This document shows, one piece after another, positions 1-14,938 of a stretch of 64,000 nucleotides of DNA. How positions within the stretch are numbered: the stretch's first letter is position 1; each line of letters opens with the position of its first letter. Source of the DNA: the human T2T-CHM13v2.0 reference genome, Homo sapiens; the NCBI RefSeq assembly GCF_009914755.1, contig NC_060940.1; one strand, written 5' to 3'. The notes under the pieces are model-generated. The model was not told where the DNA came from, ran no database searches, and was given only the letters and a program-made list of their open reading frames with translations. The position numbers were made by a program, and so were the translations under genes.

Positions 1-9
1 CCTTTAAGT

Positions 10-450
10 TGGGTGTCTCAAGCCCAACCATCTGCAGGAGACTAGAAGGGGACTTACATGAGTGAATTGAATCAGGTGTGGATTTCTGTGAACTAGAGAA
101 TGCAAGGCTGTCTGAAAGGGGAACTATTCCTTATTCATGCATCACATATACACTGGTGTGCCAAGCCCTGTTCTGCATCTGGGGACACAGCAGAGAATGA
201 ACCGGGCAAAATTCCCTGCCCCCTTGGAGTTGATGTTGTAGTGGACTAAGCTCTGATGACTCTGTTGCTGCATGAGAATGTGGGCCCACTGCTGACAAAA
301 CTTCTGATTTTTCTGTAAGAAAAGCCGGAAACCTGGATTTGTAAAAACCGTGAACTCTCCTAGCTTAAGAATTGGCAGTGGTTTCCATTTTTTTTTTTTT
401 TTTAAAGCACAGTACATGCTGTGAACCCAAGAGCCAGTTTGCAGCCCCTG
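10..450 (+). mobile_element. MER102-like hAT-Charlie DNA transposon relic interrupted by an L2 3' end (~130-245, minus)
   Basis: CTGAAAGGGG, TGTGGGCCCACTGCTGACAAAACTTCTGATTTT, AAGCCGGAAACCTGGATTT, CCAGTTTGCAGCCCCTG. Confidence 0.55.
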
Positions 451-989
451 CCTTAAGACACTCCTCTAATTGCTCTGGGAGGAGGCCTGTCTCTGCCCTG
501 CAAATCAGCAGCTGGTCGGATTTCAAGGTCGTTGGTGTGGAGGGCGCCTCCTCCCTCTCCTGCGTGGAGGTTATTGTGGCTTTTTCTGCCCACAGAGCAG
601 ATGACGCTGCCACCAGGCAGTGAGTTAGAATATTCCTTCTCTTATCCTTCCTTTTGGATGGTGGCCTTGGCTGGGTTCCCAGCCCCCTGACAGCAGAAGA
701 CAAAAGGATGGAAGCAACTTCCTCATAGTCACCCATGGGGGCGATAGGGTGGTGATGGTGATGTGGAGAAAATGCATTGGGTCAGGACAGCCACCTTTGA
801 AGCCAGAAAATTAATGATCTCTGTTGCCTGAATCTTTTCAAAGTGGAGAAGTAATTTAAAAGCTTGTGTGGGAAGGATTGAGAATGGGATTGAGAAAAGA
901 AGTTTAGGTTGCTATCAGGAACAATTCCTAACAGCAGGAGGTTTTTGGAGAGGCAGTGGTGAAATTCCTTGGAAATTTTTGTGTGGTGT

Positions 990-1330
<341 letters not shown>

Positions 1331-1612
1331 TTTTATGGTGTCTTTGAAGTGCTTGTTTAAATTTACATGTGGTTGCCTCTCAGTGGGGTGCATGCTCTCT
1401 GGTTTTCCCCAAGCCCTACCACTCCCTGTTGTGCTTTACCCACTTGCCTGACTTAGTTATGCTTACTGGCCTGGCCTTTGTGGGTCTTTGAGTTTGTGCC
1501 TTCTGCTCTGAAGGAAGCATGCTTGAGATGATGGAATCTAGGTTCAAACCTACCTGCCCTATCTGCCCTTTACTGACTTGTGTGACTGTGGACAAGTTCC
1601 TCCACCCCTGAG

Positions 1613-2095
1613 GTTGTCAGGACCCTGCAGGAAATAGAACCATTCAGGTGGCTGCAAGAAGAAAGTTTCATGAAAGGACTATTTAGGGAGACTTGGGCAA
1701 GGTTAAGATTACAAATAAGGAATGTGGAAGCACCTAGGGCCTTGCAACAGCAGGAGGCGGTTACCGTCTGTAAAGAGGAAGAAGCAAGCGGAGGGAATAG
1801 TTTGGAGCCTATTGAGAGCTGGGGCTAAGAAGGAAGGCATCGCCAGCAGGAACCATGGTCCTGGAGGGATGAACCGCTTCCCAAATAGCAGTACCGAGGC
1901 AGGGAGGAAGAGGGGGAAGAAACACCCCAGCTTCTCTTCACCTCTCCCATTGCCTGTTGGCCTCACCCACTGGCTGAACCCAGCTGGAAACCAGAAGGAC
2001 CAGATGATGAATTCTGTAAGGGTCAGCCTTTTGGGGCTCAGCTCACAGCAGAATCAGAGAGAAAAAAATGGATCTGAGAGGTGAAACAAGGAACA
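1613..2095 (-). mobile_element. Old MaLR LTR (MLT1M/N/O-like)
   Basis: AAAGTTTCATGAAAGGACTATTT and CCTCCCATTGCCTGTTGGCCTCACCCACTGGCTGAACCCAGCTGGAAACCAGAAGG are typical of old MLT1 LTRs. Confidence 0.5.
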
Positions 2096-2312
2096 AGCAG
2101 CACGTAACTCTCAGCTTCCCTACCTTGAAAGTGGAGGAGAATGAGATAACTGACCTTGGAAGGTTATTGGGTGGCTCATGTACTCTCGAAGGGAAGGGCC
2201 TGGTCAATATTAAGTACTCATAAATGCTGAGATTCAGTGTGGGTTTCAAACCGTTTCTAGGAGCTAAAGGTCCTGAGAAAGGGCTTCAGTTTCAGTATCA
2301 AGAGACATTCTC

Positions 2313-3030
<718 letters not shown>

Positions 3031-5189
3031 GTAATTGCCATCATCGTCATCATCATCATCATTATCATCATCATCGTCACCATCTCCATGGATCAGCTCA
3101 AATCAAAACTGACCCATTGTCAATAGAAAAATTCTCTGTGGGATGAAGTCCATGCCACCAGGCCTCTCGGGAACTTCATTGATCATACCATTATCTTCTC
3201 ATCCTCCCACAGATATGATATTTCAGGGAGTGATTGATAGGTGTGTGTGTGTGTACGTGGGGAAGGGTGGGCTTGTGCCTGACTCCAGGGACAGAGTGCT
3301 TTGTTATGCAGAATAGCTTGCCTGTCATCCCACTACAGGCCCCTTCCTTGAAAAGTTCCAGGCTATTTTTGAGCCCTCATGGCTCACATGTTCCTTTCTA
3401 CATCATGTCAATGCCAGTACAGAAAAATTGAAACCTTTTGGCAGCATCTAAAGCAAAAGAGATTTCAAAGTGCATGGAGGATGAGTGTTGCTCAAATGAC
3501 AGGGTATTAAAACGTGACAAGAAGGCTGAGTTAAGAGACTGCAGGCAGCTTGTGTGTTTGTATTTGGACCTTGCTGGATTTCTTGGGAAATCAGTGGAGT
3601 TGTCCAAGGTTAATGTCATCTCCAAGAAGGCACCAAAGGGTAGTAACACTCCTTCACCCTCATTTGTACATACACTCTGCAAGAGCGGAAGATGATGCAG
3701 CCAGTGGAGTGGGCGGTTGTCCCAGAGCACCACCTGGGCTCTGAGCTACAGGATTCTGCAGGGGAAAGCACCTGAGGACAGAGTGAGGTGGGTTGGTGCC
3801 ACCTGGGAGCTCCAGGCTTTTGTGTGCTGATGTGCAGGCAGATACTGGAGCCAGACCGAATTGTGTGCGAAATGTGGGTCTAAGAGTGAAGGCACCAAAC
3901 CCTCACTTTTTTTACTTTCATTCAGCCTTCCCATTTTTCTTCAAAGGGCAGAATATGACTTTGGAGTCAGGTAGACCTGAATTCAAATCCCTCTTCTTCT
4001 TCAGTGAGTAGCTAAATCTTTCCAATGCTTTATTTAAAAGGAATCACGATCACACTTTCAGGGTTGTTGAGAGGTTTAGAGATTGTGGTGTTACAGGGCC
4101 CCTGGGGCTCAAAAGGTGTTTGCTGAACCCCTGTCTTGTGTTAAATAGTCACAATAGTCCCAAGGGGAGGATGAACAGGTAGCACTGCCATTTCATAAAC
4201 AGGTGACTGAGGTGCAGAGTGGCTTATCCATAATGACACAGGAGGTGAATGCTGGAGCTGGATTGAAGGCTGAGTCATTGGACTCTCCTCTGAGGGAGGC
4301 AGTACAGAGTAGTGGTCAGGGCTTGACCAACCTCTAGAGTCCATGGGCAGATTTTCTGGGCCTCTGGCTTAGTTTTCCTCATGCATAAATGGAATGTGGG
4401 GATTATAGTAGATGTACTTTCTATGGTTGTGAAGGTTACATATACATGAGATAATTCTATAAATTCTTAGCATGTGCTTGAGTTACAGTAAATATGCAAT
4501 GAAGTATTCACTACTGTTTTAGTATTATTTTTATTAGAAGCCGTGGCAGTAGTTACCATCATTGTCACCATCTCCATCGATCAGCTCTAATCAAAACTGA
4601 CCCATTGTCAACAGAAAAATTCCCTGTGGATGAAGTACATGTTGTAGGTGTAGCGGGCAATCGTGATCGCCATCAGAAATTCATATTGGGGTTTGGTTTA
4701 CAAGTGTTGGCCTCTGGGAGTGTTTCCTACGTGCTCCTTCTCTCCTCCCCTTTGAGGACGGATGGTGTGATGGTTCCTCTCCATTTGGTCCCTCCTCTGG
4801 GACCAGCATTCTCCTGCCTTCTTTGTCCTACTCTGTGTCCCAGGAGGTAGACCCCTGTGGACTGTATCTCCTGGACTCCCTTGCTGGTTGACTTTTGTCT
4901 GAGTTAAGCCAAAGGGAGGTGGCAGCAAGAGACGAGAAGGTGGGAGGAGAGAGAGTTTGGGGTATTTCCACCTGCAGCTCCCTCTGTCCATCTCTGGCCC
5001 CGCTCTGTGATGCTAGCCCCCGCGAGGTTGCCCATCTCTCAGGGTTTCCTCTCTTACTTGCCCCTGTTACGTCATTTCATGGGACTATACCTTTAGCTTT
5101 AGGTGCAGAACAGTTTTCCACAGTTAAATGTCTTTAATTGAACATCTAGAATGCAAAACATATTATAAGATAATGTGTTGGATTGTTTT

Positions 5190-5760
5190 CCTTTAAAAAA
5201 TGGTACAACCACTTTGCAAAACAATGGCAGTTTCTTATTAAGTTAAACATAGAGTTACAGTATGATACAGCAATTCCACTCCTAGGTATTTATCCAAGAG
5301 GAATTAAATTGTATGCCCACACAAAAAATGAATGAATAAATTAAGACTTATAAATGAATGTTCATAGCAGCTTTATTCATAATAACCAGATACTGTTAAA
5401 AAAACCCCAGAATATTGATCAGTAGATGAATGGATAAGCAAACTTTAGAATAATCATATAATGGAATATTATTCAGCAGTAAAGATGAACTAACTGCTAA
5501 TACAGACACGTGCATGCGCGAGTCTCAAAAACATTATTTTAAGTGAAAGAAGGCAGACACAAAATAGTGCATACTGTACGAGGCCATTAATCTATATAGT
5601 AACAGAAAGTGGATCAGTGTCTACCACAGGCTGGGGGTGTGTACAGGGAAACTTTTTAGGTGGTGCCCATGCTCTGTATCTCAATTTTGGTGGTACATGC
5701 GTATAATACATTTGTATTGTCTTGTATCAAAGTATGCCTCATGAAGTTCAGGTATATGAA
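5190..5760 (+). mobile_element. L1ME-type 3' end
   Basis: CAGCAATTCCACTCCTAGGTATTTATCCAAGAG, GAATGTTCATAGCAGCTTTATTCATAATA, GATGAATGGATAAGCAAA. Confidence 0.8.
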
Positions 5761-6524
5761 AATTTGTATTTGCTTTATTATATTTAAATATCAGAGAATG
5801 CAAAATTGTAAAAAGAAAAAGAAATCCTGAAAGTCCTTTTAACTAGAGACAACCACCACCATCCACATTTTATCTATTTCCTTTCAGTTTTTAATTTTTT
5901 CCTGTACTTAGGTTTTCCCCTTCACTGTCTTATTTAAATAAAAAAGAAAGCAAATGGAAAGTCTCCCATACGAAGGCCTTTTTGCTATGAGTTTACCTTG
6001 TCTAAGGGCATCTAGCATGATGGTGAGAAGGTTTTGTCTTGTATAACTAAAATGTATTGGGAGGAAATGAAAATGTTTAGCCTGGTGAAGGGGAAACATT
6101 GGGGAGAAAAGTGAGGGAGAGTGTGGTCTACAGTCGTGAGCTTTAAATCACAACCAATCAGCCAATTAAATACTGAGCTCCTGTTATGTGTCAGTATTAG
6201 GAAGACAGTAGTGAACAAAACATATGGCTCCTCTGATTTAATGGAGTTAACAGTCTGGGAGGGAAAGATATTTTTATTATTTGCAACAACAATAGTAATA
6301 GCTAATATTTCTGATGAGCTAGTGCCTATTATGGTGTTAAGGTTTAGTTTTTTCTTTTAGTGTTTTTAATGTGTTGTCACATTTAATCCCAGCAACTCCA
6401 TGAGTAGGTACTCTTAATTCTCATTTCATGGTTGAAAATAATAAAGTGGCTTGGAGATGTTAAGTCAAATGGGGTCATACAGTGAGCATGTTAAACCTAG
6501 ACTGGCAGGTCAGGACGGAAGTGA

Positions 6525-6858
<334 letters not shown>

Positions 6859-7032
6859 TCTTTCAGTGTTTTTAATGTGTTGTCACATTTAATCCCAGCA
6901 ACTCTATGAGTAGGTACTCTTTTTATTCCTACTTTATGGTTGAAAATAACAAAGTGACTTGGAGACATTAAGTCAAATGGGAACATACAGTGAGCATGTT
7001 AAACCTAGATTGGCACGTCAGGACAGAAGTGA

Positions 7033-7344
<312 letters not shown>

Positions 7345-9207
7345 CTGGAAATGATATTTAATCTGATATCTGAAGGATGATAGGAGTTAAACAAGAATCA
7401 AGTGTCAGAGACCAGAGATATGAGGTCTCATATATATATATTTGCTCAGGGCAGGGGGCTGGTTTTGGGTGATAATTAGGGGCTAGACTGAACAGAATTA
7501 GTGTTTGGAAGTGAGTGGTGGTGGTGGTGAGGGAGGAGAGAAGGGTGAGTCCCAGGGTAAGGGATGCAGGCACATCCTGAGAAATGAGGCAGAAGAATGA
7601 GAACTTGGCTTGGGGCATGTTCTGTTCATCTGAATGGTGGTGCTGAGGAGACAGGTGGACAGAGAGGTGTGGGGTTCAGGGAGGAGCACAGGACTGAGAG
7701 GGACCAGCAGGAATAGAATTCCTGAAGTCCCTTGGATTGACAAGATGCTTCAGTGAGAGAGAGTCCACAGGGTAGAGATCAGCACCTAGGACAGAGCCTC
7801 GAGAACTTCCTCTAGGATAGGGAAGGGCTGGAGAACAGGAGGAGGAGCCAAGGAGAGGAGGAAGGGGCCAAGAGGGCAGGATCAGGACTGAGGCAGGCCG
7901 ACTTCTGCGCAGTTGAAGAACTCTAATGTCAGAGCTGTCCTTAGGAGGCAGAGAACCCCTCGTCCTGGAAGAGTGCAGGGAGCTGCTTGGTGACCATCCT
8001 TTGGGGATGTCATGGAAAAGATATTTGCATCAATCTGGGGTGAGATTAGGTGTCTGGATTGGTTCAGGTTCTTTTGTCATTTGTAAGCACACAAAAGAAC
8101 TCTAGTTATCTAAAGGAAAAAAAAAACTGGAAATATTATGGGTTGGCACACGAGTGGTGCCAGGCCTCAGAGAGTACAGGGCCCAGGGTGGCTCTGGGGA
8201 TCTGGGTGGCAGGAGCGAATGGATGACCTTCACAGGGTGACACCATCGGGAGGAATCAGCTCCAGCTGTTTTCTGTCCTTGTCCCAAGAATCAAATCCCA
8301 GGGAGAACAGTGTGATTCCCCAATGTTGTGAGGTTCAGTCATGTGCAAGGGGAAAGCCGGGCACCTCGATTGACAGCCCCACCAGGACTGCATACCGTGG
8401 AGAAAGGATGGCTTCCCAAAGAAAAACAACATTCCAGCTACCAGAGAAACGGGAGTGGACGCTGGGCAGGCAAAGCCAACAGACACTTTTTGTAGTCTCC
8501 ATGGTCCTGTGTATGATTCAGTGATTTTTGCAGTATTCACTTAGCAAGTCATTCCTCGTTGCAGAATTGTTGCTAGTGTTTTTCCTGGCTGGGGATTAAG
8601 CTTTTTCCATTTGCCTATTTTAGAGTGAGTTGGGGGCCTGGGATTGACACGCATTTGTCTCTGGGCTTCAAGGTAGCCCAGAGATTATGCCACCTCAGGA
8701 GGCACAATTTGGTGGCTGTCACTCCTTGTCATGTCAACAAAGGGTGTGGCTTGTGGCTCTGTGGCCTCTGCTTTACCAGCAAGGGGAGGATGCTGGTAGT
8801 AGCAAAGGGTCTAAATCGCTGTTGCATCAGCGAGGTGGATGTGCCTATCCTAAAGGCACCTACTGAGAAGATGCCCAAGTAACAGACACTCATGGGCACA
8901 GTAGACCTGTCAAACCTCATAGTTCCTGGCTGACTCTCTTTGGGTGACCTGAGTCACACGCCCACGCCTGAACACCCACTGAAACTCCTAGGTGCATTAC
9001 GTCTTCTGCAATATCTAAAGGAATTAAGGGAAGGATGAAACTCTGTATCTCAACTTTCCTGAATTCACCAGTATGGACTGATGGAATTGAGTGCTAGTAA
9101 CACCAAGCTCCTAAATAATAATAATAAAGGCTTACTTATAGGAACGTACGAAGCACAAGAGAAATAAGGGCCCCCACGGCCCACCCTTCAACTTCTCACA
9201 TTTGGTT

Positions 9208-9998
9208 TGTTAGTCAGGACTCCTTTGGTCACAAGAGACAAAAAAAACAATTCAAGTTGGTTTAGGAAAAGAGGAATTTATTGGCTTGTACAGAGGAGTT
9301 GAGAGTTCTTTAGGTCTGGCTGGATTTAGGTGCTCCAGCATGGTCATGGGGCATCTCTTGGCTCAGCTTTTCTCTGTGTTGGCTTCATTCTCAAAAAAAC
9401 TTTTCCTTGGTGATGGTAAAGATGGCAGATGCAGCACTTTGGGAGCCTGAGGCAAGAAGACCACTTGAGGCCAGGAGTTCGAAACCAGCCTGGTCAACCT
9501 AGTGAGACCCCATCTCTACAAAAGAAAAAAAAATTCAGGTGTAATGGTGTGCACCTGTAGTAGCTACTAGGGATGTTAAGTGGGAGTTGCATGAATCCAG
9601 GTGCTCGAGGTTGCAGTGAGCCATAATCGCACCATTGCACTCCACCTTGGGTGACAGAGTGAGATTCTGTCTCAAAAAAACCCACAAAAACCGCCCCCCC
9701 AAAAACGGATGGCAGATGCAAATTTATTCCCTACCAGTTTAACAACTCTGCTGGAAAATAAACCCTCTTTCCTAATAATTCCAGCAAAAGTCCTGAAGCT
9801 GATTCTCTTTGGGTGTCCTGAGTCACACGCCCATGCCTGAATCCCCACTGTGGCCCAGGTCCCATGTCCACCCTTAGAGCCAGAGGATGAGGGCAGCCTT
9901 AGCTGGCCCACACAATCAGTGAGCCAGTGAAGAGCGATTCCTCACAGGAGAAGCATGGAGGATGGGTGCTGTCAGGCAGAAACAAGACATGCCACCAC
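9208..9998 (-). mobile_element. MLT1J/K-like MaLR LTR containing an AluJ
   Basis: TGTTAGTCAGGACTC terminus, AGGAATTTATTGGCT, GGCTGGATTTAGGTGCTC. Confidence 0.65.
9432..9707 (+). mobile_element. AluJ, 5' truncated
   Basis: TSD GATGGCAGATGCA at 9421-9433 and 9708-9720. Confidence 0.9.
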
Positions 9999-10689
9999 AC
10001 TTGGTTTTGGGGTTAGGCCTGCTTCTGGTCTGAGCAATCTGCTGCTGGATATGGCTGGTGAGTGAAGAGATATTGATGTGTCATCCCCTTAGACCATGGC
10101 ATTGTGTCCTGCTCTCTGCATCTTTGGGGGCCTGATCAAAAGCGGGAAGTCATGGGGTCAAGGACAGTCTCCACGTGCCACCCAAACAGGAAGGATGTCC
10201 CCAGCAGGTGTTCTGCTCAGGGTCTGGCTCTCCCAGGGTTGTTACTGCAGAGGGAAGGGTAGGGGCAGCTTTCTTCTGGTGGATTTATTTACTTCTCAGG
10301 CCTGTTCTTTTCCTCATGTTGGCTCAACTGTTTTATCTTGCTTAGTTAAATAAATTTGGTAACATTATAAAGGAAAACAGTCTTTTCCGGCAGTTGCTGA
10401 CCACTGCAAAATTACTGCTCTTTCTTTTGTTTTTCCTTTTTAGTGCTGGGCTGTGAATAAGCAAATGAAGTTTGCTATCTCTTCCTCCCCTCTTCCAGGA
10501 AGAAATAATCACCATCAGAACTTTAAGAGTTTCCCATAAGACTGGGCAAATTAGAGGAAGGACCTCTATACGGTGGAACAGATGCAATTGTGCAAACAGA
10601 ATGGGGTTATTCTCTACATATGGAGATGGAACAGACCCTCCCAGATGTGTTAGTGTGGGGAAAAGCAGGTGGTGGAGGTGCGTTCAGAG

Positions 10690-10876
10690 TAGCAGTGTTC
10701 AGCTCTCCCAAGCACATTCAAATCACCCAGGAGCTTTTAAAACATACTGATGCCTGCCCACCACCCTCTCCTCACAGCCCCATTAAATCAGAATCTCTGG
10801 GAGTGGGACCTGAGCACTTTTCATTTTAAAAGCTCCCTGGTGACTCCTGGGGAGCCAGGACTGAGAACTAGTGCTG
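10690..10876. mobile_element. MER5A DNA transposon
   Basis: AATCACCCAGGAGCTTTTAAAA, AATCAGAATCTCTGGGAGTGGGACC, AAGCTCCCTGGTGACTC, TGAGAACTAGTGCT. Confidence 0.75.
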
Positions 10877-11499
10877 TAGAATTGTATATGGGCAAAACAG
10901 CAGGGATCTAGATAAAAAAAGAAAACTGAAGTAGGGAATATCTCAGTCCGTACCTACAGATAGCCTCACACATGTGGTCGCGCATACAGAGAACGTCTCT
11001 AGAAGGATACACAGGAGACTGGAAAGAACGGTTCTCTCCAGTGATGAAGTACAGTGGTGATTCTCAACTGTATACTCGTTTGTAATGTTGGAATTTTGAA
11101 GCCACAAGCATAAATGCTCACTGTGTACTGAAAGCTGGCCAGACAGGGCTGTAAGATGACCCCTGAACTCTAGCTTGTCTGTGTTGGGGCCGGCTGCCCA
11201 CAGATTCACACAAACCATCTCCCTGCCCGTGGTCTCTGCTTGCCCTCCTCTACTCAGCTGCAATGAGTGGTTTCCGAGTGTGGGAGAGACCAGAAGAGCT
11301 CATTCATTCATTCATTCGCTCACATTTTTAGTAAGAATTAGGTATAAGCCAGGCACGTGGTAGGCACGTGAATCTGATCTCACCTTCACAACCGTATGTG
11401 AAATTGGTGGTCTTATCTCCATTCTAAGATTGGGGATATTTTAACACAGAAATTCATACAACCAAGCTGTAAATATTTGAGGCCGAATGACCAGCTAAG

Positions 11500-11752
11500 A
11501 GAGCTTATAAACTGGCAGCACTTAGATGTGTTTGGATGGCCTGTACAGAACTTTTTAAAAAAATCCTATTTCACGACTCTGGACCAGTGAACCCAGGGCC
11601 ACTGTTGGCTAGAGCTGAGTGTCCCTTGGAAGGGCATATGCCCCTCAGTTCAGCGCAGTCCCCCCATATCCCTTCCCTTCTGTGTCACACCAGCCTTGCA
11701 TCACTCAGTCACAGGCCTAGCTTCTGCAGGCATTTGCGTTTGTCACCCCTGT
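11500..11752 (-). mobile_element. MER102-like relic
   Basis: GAGCTGAGTG, CAGTCCCC, GCAGGCATTTGCGTTTGTCACCCCTG terminus. Confidence 0.55.
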
Positions 11753-12112
11753 GTTAAGGTAGGTAGGATGAGTGAACTGTCGTCTGTCCTGCAGGGATGC
11801 TGAGCTGAAGTGTCCTGTGGAATGTGCCATTTCTATTCCAATCTGGCCCTCTGTCTGCTGGCTGGAAAACCAAGCTCCTTTGCTTTAAGTTTCATTTGTG
11901 GACTGCATGGGATGGGCTGTGGGTATTGATTTGTTTGTGGAAAAGATGTGCACAATAGGGAATGTGTAAAATACATCATGGAAATGGATGGTTAATGCCG
12001 CCTGGCTGGAGTGTGGGGCAGTGGAGTGACAAGAGATGAGAGTCAAGTTAGATGGTGGGGTATACTGTGGGTAGATGCCGGGCTAAGCATTTTGAACTTT
12101 AACCTTTAGGCT

Positions 12113-12317
12113 ACTGCTGTCCAATAAGACTTTCTATGGTGCTGGAAATTTCTTATATCTGTACTATCCAATGTTGTCTCCAGACGCATGTGGCATCAAG
12201 CACTTGAAAAGTAGCTGGCATGAATGAAGATTTTTATTGGCATTTTAGATTTTATTTAATTAATTTACTTTTACATAGCTCCATGTGGCTGGTAGCTACC
12301 ACACTGGGCGCTGCAGA
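12113..12317. mobile_element. MER3-like hAT MITE
   Basis: GCTGTCCAATAAGACTTTCT, GCACTTGAAAAGTAGCT, TGGCTGGTAGCTACCACACTGG. Confidence 0.65.
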
Positions 12318-13219
12318 TTTAGGCAATAGCAGTGGATGTGTTGGAGCAGGGAAATAATATCAAAGCTGAATCTTCAGAAGGTGATTTTTCCAGGAGTGTA
12401 CAGGCCGCATGGGGTGAGCAGAAGTAGGTAGGGATAATATTGACACTTCTTAGCATCTATTAGGCACTTCTTGTGTCCACACACTGTGCTAAGATAACTC
12501 ACTTATTCCTCATAACAACTCTATGAGGAAAGTACTATCATTGTCCCTATTTTATAGACTAGAAAATGAGACACAGCAAAGACAATGGGCATATTCAAGG
12601 TCACACAGCTAATCAACAGTGGCACACGGTGTAGAATCCAGGCAGCTCAGCTGTAGAGTTTGTACCATGAATCCTTCCATCCTGGAAGGAAATAAATGAA
12701 CCTTCATTGAGAATATACCTTCTGCTGTCCCCTGGTGCTGGGCATTCACACGTAAAATCTCATTTAGATTTTTGTTAACACTCATGTGCCATTCGGTGGA
12801 TTTAGATCCTTTGTGTTTATGGAAACTTGGGCTCATAGGGATGAGATATCAAGGCAACTGCAATCTCTGTGGACACCAGTTAAGGCTTTATTGTAAAATT
12901 CCATGCCTGTGGGGGAAATCACAGGCTGTGGGAGTCGGGGGGAATGTACAGGAAGATATGACATAAAAGGTGTTGCGAAGGAAGAATCAGTGGGATTTAG
13001 CAACTGACTGAATGGCGGGGGTGAGGAAAGCGGGGGAGGCTTTCTCCTGGAACAGTGAGATGAATGACAAACACACATGTAACTGCACTGTGTGAGTTGA
13101 GAGTGTGGGCTCTAGAGGAAGACAAACTGGTTTCAAATACAAGTGTTAACACGGACTAGCTGAACAACCTTGGGCAAATTACTTCTCTCCGAGCATCAGT
13201 GTCCCTGTTAATATAACGA

Positions 13220-13468
13220 GGACCGAAGGCAGGAGGATCACTTGAGGTCAGGAGTTTGAGACCAGCCTGGGCAACATAGTGAGATCCCGTCTCTAGAAAA
13301 AACTTAAAAAATTAGCCAGGCATGGTGATGCATGCCTGTAGTCCCATCTACTCAGGAGGCTGAGGCCAGAGGATCACTTGAGCCCAGGAGTTTGCGGCTA
13401 CAGTGAGCTGTGATTGCACCATTGCACTCCAGCCTGGGTGACAGAGCAAGACTTTGTCTCTATAAAAG
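13220..13468 (+). mobile_element. AluJ, 5' truncated, inside a MIR
   Basis: Alu body with GAGGATCACTTGAGCCCAGGAG. Confidence 0.85.
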
Positions 13469-14409
13469 ATATAATGAGAATCATAGCACCTTCCTCACAG
13501 GACTGTGATGAGGCTCAGGTTAAGCACGGATATGAAAGCCCTTTGCAAACTCAATAGCATGACCCTGTGAGTCACTCTTCTTAGTGCTGGTGAGACCAGC
13601 CATTGGGCAGAAATGGTGACCAGAACTTTCTGTCTTTGATCATGGAAACAGTTCGGGAAATTGCCTGGGGGAACCCCACTTCATCTTAGGTACTTGGTAG
13701 AGTTTAATGCGGATAAGTCTGTGGGTCAGCTTTGACCTAGGAGGAAAGAGTGGTTCTCCCAGCAGCTGTAGAGCAAAATCTGCATGCCAGTGGCTCCAAC
13801 TTAAATGCCCTTTTCCACCAAACAGTTTGCATGTGTTGTCTTATTTGAGCTGCACAACAACCTTATATACATAGGTACTGTGATAAAATAAGGCTCAGAG
13901 AGGTGGAGACACTGAGCTAATGTCCTTCAGCTTATAGGTAGTAAAATGAGTGTTCAAACGAAGGTCCTCCTGCTTCCAGAAACTTAGCCTGTAATTCCTG
14001 TAGGTGATGGGCTTCTCATTTCTTCTCCTACCACAGATATCTGCAACTAGCGCTAGAATTTCTATCCCAGATTGACATGGATTTAAGGGTAAAGGTTGCT
14101 TCCTAAGAATGTCAGTTTTCCACTATAGACCCCAGTAAGAATTGTGTACAAGAGGGGAATCGACTCCAAACAGAATATATATATATATATGATTTAATTT
14201 AGTCCTCTTTGGAATGCAATGAGTAAATTTTAGTGGTTAGAGTAAACCACTAAAATTTGGGAGTTAGGGGTGAAGTGCAGTGTGAAGCAGAGTTGAGATC
14301 TCAGTGCTTTTCCTGGGGCAGAAACATCCGAGAGGGCCCCTGTCACCCAAGCTTTTGGCTACAGTCTACTCCTTCCATCTGGGATTAACCAGGCGTTTCT
14401 TATCCTTGC

Positions 14410-14918
14410 TGATCTAGTGTTTCTTATTGCTGCTGTAACAAATTACCACAAATTTCCTGGCCTAAAATGGCACACATTTATTATCTTATACTTCTAGATG
14501 TCAACATTCTGAACAGCAGGTCTTCCGGGGCTGAAATCGAGGTGTCAGCAGGGCTGCCTTCCTTCTGGAGGCTCTAGGGGACAATCTGTTTCTTACCTTT
14601 TCTAGAGGCCACCCACATTCCTTGGCTTGCGTTCCCTTCCAGAAATGGCACAATTCCAACCTCTGCTTCCATCATCACGTCTCATCCTCTGACTCCGAGT
14701 CTCTTCCCTCCCTCCTATAAGGACCCCTGTGATCACACTGGGCTCATCCAGATAATCTAGTATAACCCCCTTTCTCAAGATCCTTAATTTAATCACATCT
14801 GCAAAATCAATTTTGTCATGTAAGTAATATATTCACAGGTCCCAGGATTAGGACACGGATATCTGGTGGTGGTGTCAGGGGGTCGGGGGTAGGGGATGGG
14901 AACATTATTCTGCCTACA
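14410..14918 (-). mobile_element. MLT1C/D MaLR LTR
   Basis: TTGCTGCTGTAACAAATTACCACAAA, GGAGGCTCTAGGGG, GATCCTTAATTTAATCACATCTGCAAA, ATTATTCTGCCTACA. Confidence 0.8.
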
Positions 14919-14938
14919 GAGCTGGCAGGTGGCCTTTC

